Positions 1 to 9,091 of a stretch of 64,000 nucleotides of DNA are shown piece by piece. This DNA is from Basidiobolus meristosporus CBS 931.73. Its lineage: Eukaryota > Fungi > Basidiobolomycota. The notes beneath the pieces are model-generated. The model made no database searches. It was given only the letters and a program-made list of their open reading frames with translations, and was not told the origin of the DNA. The DNA is taken from the NCBI GenBank assembly GCA_002104905.1, contig MCFE01000319.1, positions 1-64,000 on the forward strand, read 5' to 3'. The position numbers and the translations under genes are program-made. Position 1 is the first letter of the stretch. Every line of letters begins with the position of its first letter.

Positions 1-669
1 TAAATTTATGGATTGTATCCACTAATCACATCATCAATCATCTGATGGATTGGGATTGATATATCAGTAGTTATAAGGGGAAATTCATTAAGTAGCCTGT
101 ATTTTAGTTACAGGTCAGCAGATACCAGTACAACTACAAAAGGGCACGAAATTGCAATCCATATTTGGTGATGTCAGATAAACCACCAAAAGTACTCATT
201 TGTTTCTTCACAATGCAAAGTATGCATAATGTTGAGCTTCACCTATTCTTTTTGAACAATACTAAAGGCAGCCAACACTCCCCATTAAGGCCAAAAAAGC
301 CTTCATAAACGTTTTATACTGCACAGCTACTAATTCTTGAGGACCGAAGAGTGGCATAGATACCGGTTTTGAATCTAGCATAATAGTCGATGCCAGGGTT
401 TGTGGCGGCACGCGGAATTTTCAATCTCACTATATCGAGGTAGTGGTCAAGTAGATACGCTTTCCAGCTAGTGCATTGATAGGTTGGCATCTCATAACCT
501 CAGGAGTAATGCTGGGTGTACGCCTGATGTTCCTACTATTTTTGAAGCCCTGTATTTCCTTCGTTCCATCGATTTTAGCAGCACAGATGCAAGGAGACGC
601 GTTAATCACTGCTGCATTCCTATTTCGCTTCTCAATCCCATCTAGTCCGGATGAGTGTTATATTTGTGT

Positions 670-1010
670 CAAGGAAACTCCTAGAATTGGCTATTGTGTG
701 CCCTCTGCATCGAATTCCTTCCATCACATCTGTATTGGAGATCAATCCATTGGATTCAAAGTATTTTTAATCTATTTCGCCAAATTTATTCATTGGGCAG
801 GAATGTGTTGATCGACGTACTTATCCGGACACTTGAGAAGCAATCACTGGATGTGAATGGTACCATGCCTCTTTATTTACAATATAATTAATGACCAGAT
901 ATCTCGGGCATACCTAACCTGATGTGTTCCACTTTGAGCACACTTGTCCCAATTTGGCCAGAATATGGCTTGTTTTCGCAGTGGAGATGATTATTTTCCG
1001 AATTCTCTAC
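670..1010 (-). mobile_element. Possible degenerate non-LTR (LINE) reverse transcriptase relic
   Basis: Minus-strand translation gives SSPLRKQAIFWPNWDKCAQSGTHQVRYARDI (SPL to YA.D spacing of about 25 aa, as in LINE RT SP.LF...YADD). It is followed by *INLAK and ILGVSL, resembling the GL.IN..K and YLG motifs. Interrupted by stops. Confidence 0.3.
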
Positions 1011-1325
1011 CTCTGTATTGGTACTTCTAAAAGAATTAAGCTTATAGATGGTAACTAGAATGCTTTAGACTCTGCACACTTGCTATTTACCGTCGGGTGA
1101 CTATCCTATCATGAGTCCAAGCAATCTCCAGAGGAAGGATACGTGGGCCAAGGAACTCCCAAAAGAGGCCTGCACAACCAGAGGAGGAAATCACCCGACT
1201 CAACCATCTTGTTAGATCCATTTGTCACTTCTACTTCGACAATGTATCCCAAATATTCTTGTAGCACTCAGCACCAAATGTGTACTTGATTAGTAGACTG
1301 CTCTAAAAAGAACCGTGGGCTTCAA

Positions 1326-1332
1326 TATAAAA
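1326..1332 (+). promoter_or_regulatory. TATA box upstream of CHAP gene 1
   Basis: TATAAAA 67 nt upstream of the ATG at 1393. Confidence 0.45.
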
Positions 1333-1392
1333 GCAGAGAGAGTGCGCTCTAACCACGACATCAGCCTAGAAGCTCAGTCCTCAACGGCAACC

Positions 1393-2106
1393 ATGTTTAA
1401 AGCTCTTCTCTTCCTTTTTGCCTTGGCCTGCTGCCGAATCTCGGTCACGAGTGCGCGAATCAATTGTCCAGATGGCAATGGACTCTACTGTGGTAGTGTC
1501 CTGGGTCTTAAGCAGAACACTCTGTACGATTGCAAGTCGGATAGATGGAGCTGGAGTTATCACCCTGTTGAGCGCTGTGCCAACGGTTGTGTTGTTGCTA
1601 AAGCTGGCACCCCTGATTCCTGTGGTAAGGCGGAACCTCCCAAGGATGATAATGATGTTGGAAACCCTGGTGACAATGGCGATGACAACGGAAACGATAA
1701 TGGCAGCAACAACGATTACACTGACACCACCAATGTCGCCAACTATCCTTTGGAGTTCCGCTTTAGAAATGGCCAATGTACCGACTGGGCAGATGCGCGC
1801 TATGCGCAAATCACGGGCCATCATATCAGCTGGTGGGGTGATGCTCGCTTGTGGTCATCTCGTGCTCGCAGCGCTGGATGGTCAGTTTCGAAGACTCCTC
1901 GTGTTCCTTCGATCATTGTTATCCAGGCTGGCTACCAAGGAACCGGCGGGCCTGGCCATGTGGCCGTTGTGGAGAGAATCAACAACGATGGTAGTGTATA
2001 TACCAGCAACTACAACTATCGCTTCAACGGTAACGGTGGGCCTTACATCAAATCATACGGAACTTTCCGTACTGGCAATGGAGTTGACTTCATCTGGTAC
2101 AAATGA
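1393..2106 (+). CDS. Secreted CHAP-domain peptidoglycan hydrolase 1 (signal peptide + 6-Cys module + D/N-rich linker + CHAP), intronless, 237 aa
   Basis: The likely start is the ATG at 1393 (MFKALLFLFALACCRISVTSA signal peptide). CHAP motifs are present: NGQCTDWA (catalytic Cys, codon 1777-1779), WGDARLW, GW.VS.TP.V.SI.V and GHVAVVE.IN.DGS (catalytic His, codon 1957-1959). Confidence 0.9.
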   Translation: MFKALLFLFALACCRISVTSARINCPDGNGLYCGSVLGLKQNTLYDCKSDRWSWSYHPVERCANGCVVAKAGTPDSCGKAEPPKDDNDVGNPGDNGDDNGNDNGSNNDYTDTTNVANYPLEFRFRNGQCTDWADARYAQITGHHISWWGDARLWSSRARSAGWSVSKTPRVPSIIVIQAGYQGTGGPGHVAVVERINNDGSVYTSNYNYRFNGNGGPYIKSYGTFRTGNGVDFIWYK

Positions 2107-3177
2107 ATCTGATGTGAAATAATCAATGTGTATCATTTTCCGTATACTTTTGCAGCAATAGCTAGCTATGCTCCTGCTTCGTGTCCTAGATTGGATCCTA
2201 TAAAATGAATACTTTTGAAAAGTAACGTTATAGCTTTGTCAAACTTGGAAGCGATACAAGGATCGTTCAATTCAATTATGATTGCTGGGAGAAACCTTCA
2301 GTCTCCAATTGATCCCCACGAATCACTTCGACTGGACTGTTTCAGTAACTTGCCGCATTCTTCGAGTTGTCAAGGCGTATTGCCATATAAGGAACATACT
2401 CTTCCGGATTTATCGAATAGTGGGAATTTGTCACTTTACTTACCAGTCGTTTCCCATTGTCAGTCTCGTGAAGTAGCCTCGAGCAATCAGAGCTTAACGA
2501 TGCAACAAACCTCCGGTAGGTGAGGCCATGTGGCTTCATAAGGCTAGCAAATAATGGTTGTGTAGCGTATTCTTTATTTCCATGTAATCAGTGATCCACA
2601 TACAATAGTGGACTTTGTGAGTGTTGATGGCCCATTGGCTCACTGGGATGGCAATTAATGGTTGATTCAGAATTGCAGCATCGATCTAGCATCTAATTCA
2701 TCTTCTCAAGATGCTCCAACAGAAATTTCAAGGAGGTGATTGGCTCGCATTTATGTCGCCAAGCACGATGCAATGGATTCAAAATCGGCAACTCTAGGAT
2801 CGAGATCCCCCAGGGATTTCGGAGAATCGAATTCAGCATTGGCATCGTTAGCGTATCTGGACAACTTGAGTATATATGGATAATTCAAAGATGGGTGTGC
2901 ATCGAGAGTGTAATTGGATGACATTAAATGCCATTTCGCTGCGTGTTTTTCGTTTGGTCTAATCTTCTAGGCAATATCAGCAGTTAATGAAATTACCAGG
3001 ATTCCAACTCCATTTGACCAAGGGCTCTCTCCGGTGCTAAAGGGTTGACAATAGTTCGAAAACGTTGCTTAGGTTTGATTGCTAGAGTCCAGTGTACTAT
3101 TATCTTCTCTACAACCCGTAAACTATTGGTTTTGTTCGATATGCTCATTACAACACCGTCCTGCGTTATGTATGATC

Positions 3178-3185
3178 TATATAAA
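3178..3185 (+). promoter_or_regulatory. TATA box upstream of CHAP gene 2
   Basis: TATATAAA 60 nt upstream of the ATG at 3238, at a similar position to that of gene 1. Confidence 0.45.
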
Positions 3186-3237
3186 GACACGGTGAATATG
3201 CTAGCTCTCAGAAAACTCTCAGAAGCTCAGATTCGAA

Positions 3238-4004
3238 ATGGTGAACCTTCTTATCGTTTGCACAATGCTGGCACTTTTCGTCGGCGTGAATTCTCGAACA
3301 AATTGTCCTCACGGGAATGGGCTTTACTGTGGTTACGCAATTGGTAACTATAATTGTGCAATTTGTATGTGATGTAAATACCTAACTGATGCCTCTGACA
3401 TCTAGGCCAGGAGAAGGATATACTCTATAGGTGCTCTAGAAAAAAACCACTCAAGATGGTCAAGAGGTGCGAATATGGTTGCATTCAAAACAAACCGGGG
3501 TCACCTGATTACTGTAATAAGTCGGGAGATCAGGCAATTGGAGGGGATAATCAACGTAATCCCAAATGTTCTGGTGGAACTGATCCTAATACCAACGGTA
3601 CAGACACCTACACTTCCACCATAGGTGTAGCCAACTTTCCTTTGACATTCAGATTTCGCAATGGCCAATGCACTGACTGGGCCGATGCCCGTTATGCACA
3701 AATAACCGGTCACCATATATCATGGTACGGAGATGCCAGATTGTGGACTGCTCGTGCCCTGGCAAGTGGGCAATGGACTGTATCCAAGTCGCCCAAAGTT
3801 CCCTCAATCATCGTGCTGCAGCCTGGTGCTCAAGGTGCCGGAGGACCTGGCCACGTAGCTGTGGTTGAGACGATCAACGAAGATAAAAGCGTATATACAA
3901 GTAATTATAACTTTCGCTTTGGTGGAAAGGGTGGAGTTGGTATTTTATCCTATGGGGATTTCAGGCCAGGAGATGGCGTGGATTTTATCTGGCGCGACAA
4001 ATAA
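3238..4004 (+). CDS. Secreted CHAP-domain peptidoglycan hydrolase 2; join(3238..3343,3406..4004)
   Basis: Exon 1 encodes MVNLLIVCTMLALFVGVNS-RTNCPHGNGLYCGYAI. A 62-nt GT..CTAAC..TAG intron (3344-3405) joins it in frame to GQEKDILYRC...MVKRCEYGC and ORF 3456..4004. The CHAP domain is about three-quarters identical to gene 1, including an identical 26-aa stretch FRFRNGQCTDWADARYAQITGHHISW. Confidence 0.9.
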
Positions 4005-4138
4005 ATGGTACGAATAGCAAACTTTGGATTGTCCTCCGGTTACCCGTTGTTATGGCTGGTGGGCGCCTTGGGAGCTAAATTTTATAGAAGTGTGTGTTTA
4101 TTAAATATCGATTGACCATTGACTGGGACAGCACAATT

Positions 4139-4483
4139 TCATTGAACAACGAAGCGGCGTTCTCTTAACAAGCCCCGGAGTTGATCAATTGCCTCTCTCG
4201 TAATCTTCCTTTCTATCTCAATCTGTCCGCGATGTTTATACGCTTCGATTCTGTGACGCATCAGGAGCATTCTTTCCGACTGGATATATTCACTCAGCGA
4301 GCGATTAAAATTTTCCTGAACTCCAATAGTAGAGTATGCGCTCAGATACGCTTTTTGCTTGAGCATCTCTTCAAAAGGCTCAAGAAGTTGGGAGCGTAAG
4401 CGCAGTAGCTCTTCGATGATTCCAGGTAATCCAAGAATCCCTGGCAGATGGAATGACAATATTAACAGAAATTTGAGTTTCAT
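4139..4483 (-). CDS. Small secreted helical protein, 114 aa, unknown function
   Basis: N-terminal signal peptide MKLKFLLILSFHLPGILG, then an E/K/R/L-rich amphipathic helical body. Aligns without gaps to the 5549..5986 protein. Confidence 0.65.
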   Translation of the reverse strand: MKLKFLLILSFHLPGILGLPGIIEELLRLRSQLLEPFEEMLKQKAYLSAYSTIGVQENFNRSLSEYIQSERMLLMRHRIEAYKHRGQIEIERKITREAIDQLRGLLRERRFVVQ

Positions 4484-5548
4484 GAAGAGAAGGATAGGTG
4501 AAAACCTCTGGTCAATCGTGGAGTAGTTAAGGAAGGTGAAGGACTAGCGTTAAACCTTGAGAGAAAGGCAATCGCTGGAAATAACAATACAGTTATATAG
4601 TCGCTTTTGAACGAGGTCGGCGTACTAACGTGCCAAGCTAATCCCATTCTTTCTGCATATGATGCACGTTCGGCTGCTTGCACGAGATATGACACCCTTG
4701 AAATTGTACAGCAATACAATTAAACATGTGAGTTGGATCGCCACTCAAAACTAGTATCTAGCACGCTGGCCCCGAATCATGTACATGCTTTTGAAAAATA
4801 TGATGTGGATGATGATGGCTTCATGCTCAGGGTGTAATGGACCATCTTTGGCCGTCAGAGCAATTTATTTTCAGCATTTATTGTAACCGTAATAGTGACC
4901 GAACGCAGAGCCCTGTGCTCTGGAAACGGTGCTGGCTTGACGAGCGATAATCGGTGCATTAGTGATTTATTGCGAGCTGGCCAACCTTTATATTCCGCCT
5001 CGTCGTAGATATTCACCGGGTTCAGTATAGTTGCATTTATGTGGATTTTATTAACAGGTCGAAGGTAACGAAACGTATAAATTGATGTTGATAATCTGGC
5101 TTTGCCCTCTACCAAAAACGTGCATCACCCACTGCACCTCTATGTGAAAAATGGTCATAGGTACATGATTCTTAAATGGCAATGGCGTTTACATTGGTCA
5201 AGATAAGGACTAGATTGAGGTTTTGGCAGGAATATTTGGGATGGCATATTTACTCTCAAGAACACCAGAACTCGGCATTAGGTGGTTCCAATCTCGTTAC
5301 AGAGTTGACGATCCTAAACACATATCTGGACCCATCTCGATAAGTGTGTAGTGGCCAGGCAGGCTGTCGTCAGATGGTAGCAGACAAAATTCAAAACTTG
5401 GACTTTATTGAACATATGATACAAGAGACATTAGGTGACCACAGGAAATCGAGACTCACGAAGGTTTGGAGAAGGCGGAAAAGTCAACTTTCGGCATATT
5501 AGCAAATAAGACCGAAGCTCAATCTAATGGGAAGCTATTGACAGTGGA

Positions 5549-5986
5549 TTACAACTCTTTTATGGTTTCATTCTTTCTCCGTACCAACGTGAAGTACGGT
5601 TCCTCGGCTTTCGGAAGTGCAGCCTTTTTCAGGAGATTCGTAACCACTAGTATCTCCGAAGTAACAATCTTGTTGACCTGGTGCAACTGTGTCTTTCTGT
5701 ACCGTGCCTGGCTCGAGTACTTCTCAATTAAAGACTCTCCTTCGTTCTGATACTCTTCTTTCATGCGTTTTAGTTTTCGAAGCGCTTCCATTGCGTCAAA
5801 CTCAGGTCGCAGGATCTCTTTGGTTACCTCTTTTATCACTGGTAAAACCTTTTCATTGTGAAGCTTCCTCATTTCCTGTACTATATCTGGCTCATTATCC
5901 CTGAAATTGGAAAGATCAGGGATTGCGGCGAACGAAACAGAAATAGAGACCAGTAGCAAAGGAAGTAGGAGCTCACTAAAACGCAT
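5549..5986 (-). CDS. Small secreted helical protein, 145 aa, unknown function
   Basis: The likely start is the internal ATG at 5986 (MRFSELLLPLLLVSISVSFAA signal peptide), with TATAAA about 115 nt upstream. Charged helical body, paralogous to 4139..4483. Confidence 0.7.
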   Translation of the reverse strand: MRFSELLLPLLLVSISVSFAAIPDLSNFRDNEPDIVQEMRKLHNEKVLPVIKEVTKEILRPEFDAMEALRKLKRMKEEYQNEGESLIEKYSSQARYRKTQLHQVNKIVTSEILVVTNLLKKAALPKAEEPYFTLVRRKNETIKEL

Positions 5987-7054
5987 TGGAGAGTATGTGC
6001 GGCGGAAAACTAAGGAAGTCAACCAAGGCGGAAATGGACTATTTGTGAACCCGAAGTAATGACGTTTAGTGGTTGTTTTGGTAGGGACACGGCGCCCGTT
6101 TATAACGAATTCCAAAGGCACCTGAGTCAAAATCAAATTGGTTTCATCCAAGTATAATACATCTACTCATACGTGTGACGGTGCTTTAGGTGATTTGAGA
6201 AACAATGTCTCCATTTGAAGATAATTTCAAGCAATAATTAGGACTTAAGCATGGGTGATTATTCGTTTCATCAATCTTCCAGTATTTATTCTCCGACTCA
6301 TTTGGAATGCACGTCCCACCATAAGTGAAAGAATACCGGCGTATTGAGCCGCATCTAGTCCTATTGATGGAAAGCCAGACACGTAGATTCATGACAACCC
6401 AGAAAATATGAAGTGATCTATTGATCATTACTCCTAGATTTTTTTTCTTAGTGCATGAGTAGAGCATTCTTGAATTTAGCCCAAGTAAATCCAGTATGAG
6501 TAAAATGGCCTTACCTGTCTCACTACCAGCCTCAACAGCTATATACCGGAATCTGACGATTCAAACGATTCTTGATGGTCGCGGATAGGAGAAGAGGCAA
6601 CAAAAGCAACTCGTGGAGAGCTGCACATGATGGCTCTCCGACAGTTACGGGTTCCAGAGAAAACACGTATTATGGCTTTAACCTTGCCTAGCAAGTAATA
6701 CTGCACGGAAAAGACATCCTGCTGCTCTCCAGATGCATCAGTTTCATGCTGACATAGGCCCATCCCCATTTCCAAATATGGGTTGGGTGAACTTGGAAGT
6801 TGAGTTCGGTGTTGTAGAAACAGTGTACAGCCAGGACTATTTGTACCAACACTTAGTGGATCTATACGATGTCACCGCTACCTTGTTGTGCTATCCGCTA
6901 CGAGATCACAACAGGGTCAATTATAAACTGGAATCTGGCTCTTCATAGTACCAAGCACAAAGAAATTGGAGCTTGTTTTGATGACTCTAGATTTATTTGA
7001 GTAAAATCAAGAATTTTGGATGAGCAGGGGACAACCCAACTATACGAGATAAAG

Positions 7055-9091
7055 CTAGTATTTAGAGATGCTACCATAAGAATCTGATGAACCACCGTCA
7101 CCTCCGGCACCACCTGCACCGCCGTCACCACCACCAGCACCGGAGCCTCCAGCGCCAGTACCGCTTCCATACCCGCCAGCGCCACCGTCACCACCACCAG
7201 AGCCACCTGCGCCACCGTCACCATTACCAGCACCAGAGCCACCTGCGCCAGCACCGCTTCCATATCCACCAGCACCAGCACCGGAGCCACCTGCGCCAGC
7301 GCCACCGTCACCACTACCAGCACCAGAGCCACCTGCACCAGCACCGGAGCCACCTGCGCCAGCACCGCTTCCATATCCACCAGCACCAGCACCGGAGCCA
7401 CCTGCGCCAGCGCCACCGTCACCACTACCAGCACCAGAGCCTCCAGCGCCAGCACCGCCACCATACCCACCACTACCTGCGCCAGCACCTCCATCACCTC
7501 CACCAGCGCCGGAGCCTCCAGTGCCAGCACCGCCACCATATCCACCACTACCTGCGCCAGCACCACCGGAGCCTCCAGTGCCAGCACCACCGCCATATCC
7601 ACCACCACCTGCGCCAGCACCACCGTCACCTCCACTAGCACCAGAGCCACCACCACCACCGGAGCCTCCAGTGCCAGCACCGCCACCATATCCACCACTA
7701 CCTGCGCCAGCACCACCGGAGCCTCCAGTGCCAGCACCGCCGCCATATCCACCACCACCTGCGCCAGCACTACCGTCACCACCACCACCGGAGCCTCCAG
7801 TGCCAGCACCGCCGCCATATCCACCACCACCTGCGCCAGCACCACCGTCACCTCCACTAGCGCCAGAGCCACCAGTACCACCGGAGCCTCCAGTGCCAGC
7901 ACCGCCACCATATCCACCACCACCTGCGCCAGCACCACCGTCACCTCCACCAGCGCCAGAGCCACCACCGGAGCCTCCAGTACCAGCACCGCCGCCATAT
8001 CCACCACTACCTGCGCCAGCACCACCGTCACCTCCACCAGCGCCAGAGCCACCACCGGAGCCTCCAGTACCAGCACCGCCGCCATATCCACCACTACCTG
8101 CGCCAGCACCACCGTCACCTCCACTAGCGCCAGAGCCACCAGCACCAGCACCACCGTAGCCTCCAGTGCCAGCACCGCCACCATATCCACCACTACCTGC
8201 GCCAGCACCACCGGAGCCTCCACCAGCGCCAGAGCCACCACCACCACCGGAGCCTCCAGTGCCAGCACCGCCACCATATCCACCACTACCTGCGCCACCA
8301 CCACCGTCACCACCATCACCACCATTGTTGTAAATGGAAATTCCAGGTCCAACAGCATTGTAACCTTCTTGTCTCGAGGTAATTCCTGGCCCGACTGCCT
8401 TGTAACCCTGAAGTCTTGAGGTGATTCCTGGCCCAACTGCCTTGTAACCCTGAAGTCTTGAGGTGATTCCTGGCCCGACTGCCTTATAGCCCTGGAGTCT
8501 TGAGGTAATACCTGGCCCGACTGCCTTGTAACCATTAAGTATCGAGGTAATTCCGGGGCCGACAGCCCTATAGCTGCCTCCTCCATGACCTCCCTTTCCG
8601 TGCTGAATCCATCCGAAAGATCCTAGTCCTCCCTTTCCTCCTTTACTGTGGTGGCCTTTACTTCCCTTCCCGTGGTGTCTGCCTCCTCTACCTCCTTTTC
8701 CGCGGTGTCCGCCTTTTCTACCTCCTTTTCCGTGGTGTCCGCCTTTTCTACCTCCTTTTCCGTGGTGTCCAACGCCTCCCTTACCACCTTTACCATGGTG
8801 TCCAGAACCACTACTTCCATGATGGCTTAGTCCCCCCTTACCATGGTGACCCGAACCTCCACCTCTTCTACCATGACTGCCTGAGCCTCTATGACCATAG
8901 CCTCCTGGACCCTTGGAATGATGTATAGGACGGATGCCACCTCCCCCATAACCCTTCCCTCCTCTAGAGCCTCCTCTGCTGGAAGAGTGGGACCTAGACA
9001 CACGAGATCTGCCTTTGCTACCATGCGGGATTGCTTCAGTGACTGTCGCCGCAAAAGTAATGGCAAGCAAAGCAAGAGCGGAAAGTCTCAT
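7055..9091 (-). CDS. Secreted glycine-rich repetitive structural/adhesive-like protein, 678 aa
   Basis: Signal peptide MRLSALALLAITFAATVTEA. Then a basic Gly/His/Lys/Arg block (GHHGKGGRKG repeats), six 14-aa GYKAVGPGITSRLQ-type units, and an approximately 420-aa Gly/Ala/Ser block with about 15 GGYG motifs. Single long ORF. Confidence 0.85.
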   Translation of the reverse strand: MRLSALALLAITFAATVTEAIPHGSKGRSRVSRSHSSSRGGSRGGKGYGGGGIRPIHHSKGPGGYGHRGSGSHGRRGGGSGHHGKGGLSHHGSSGSGHHGKGGKGGVGHHGKGGRKGGHHGKGGRKGGHRGKGGRGGRHHGKGSKGHHSKGGKGGLGSFGWIQHGKGGHGGGSYRAVGPGITSILNGYKAVGPGITSRLQGYKAVGPGITSRLQGYKAVGPGITSRLQGYKAVGPGITSRQEGYNAVGPGISIYNNGGDGGDGGGGAGSGGYGGGAGTGGSGGGGGSGAGGGSGGAGAGSGGYGGGAGTGGYGGAGAGGSGASGGDGGAGAGSGGYGGGAGTGGSGGGSGAGGGDGGAGAGSGGYGGGAGTGGSGGGSGAGGGDGGAGAGGGGYGGGAGTGGSGGTGGSGASGGDGGAGAGGGGYGGGAGTGGSGGGGDGSAGAGGGGYGGGAGTGGSGGAGAGSGGYGGGAGTGGSGGGGGSGASGGDGGAGAGGGGYGGGAGTGGSGGAGAGSGGYGGGAGTGGSGAGGGDGGAGAGSGGYGGGAGAGGSGAGSGDGGAGAGGSGAGAGGYGSGAGAGGSGAGAGGSGAGSGDGGAGAGGSGAGAGGYGSGAGAGGSGAGNGDGGAGGSGGGDGGAGGYGSGTGAGGSGAGGGDGGAGGAGGDGGSSDSYGSISKY
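7087..8323 (-). repeat. Coding low-complexity Gly/Ala/Ser/Tyr repeat array (GAGSGGYGGGAGTGGS-type units)
   Basis: CCA/GCA/GCC-rich quasi-periodic array on the + strand, encoding the C-terminal block of ORF 7055..9091. Confidence 0.9.
8324..8575 (-). repeat. Coding tandem repeat, 6 x 42 bp (GYKAVGPGITSRLQ consensus)
   Basis: Read directly: SYRAVGPGITSILN, 3x GYKAVGPGITSRLQ, GYKAVGPGITSRQE, GYNAVGPGISIYNN. Confidence 0.9.

Noticed and set aside
1381-2122. ORFs 1381..1824 (-) and 1418..2122 (+)
   Set aside because: Alternative frames overlapping CHAP gene 1, with no recognisable motifs.
1393-4004. CHAP genes as bacterial contamination or a chimeric contig
   Set aside because: Gene 2 needs a spliceosomal intron, both genes have eukaryote-style TATA boxes and signal peptides, and composition is continuous with the flanking fungal genes.
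6539-6775. ETDASG motif resembling Ty3/Gypsy RNase H
   Set aside because: The expected downstream GAVL.Q and P.A..S motifs are absent; probably chance.
6943-8586. Long His-rich (7087..7638 +), Pro-rich (7521..8159 +) and Val/Ala-rich (6943..8586 -) ORFs
   Set aside because: Shadow frames of the GGN-codon repeat in the Gly-rich gene. They have no signal peptide or independent start context.
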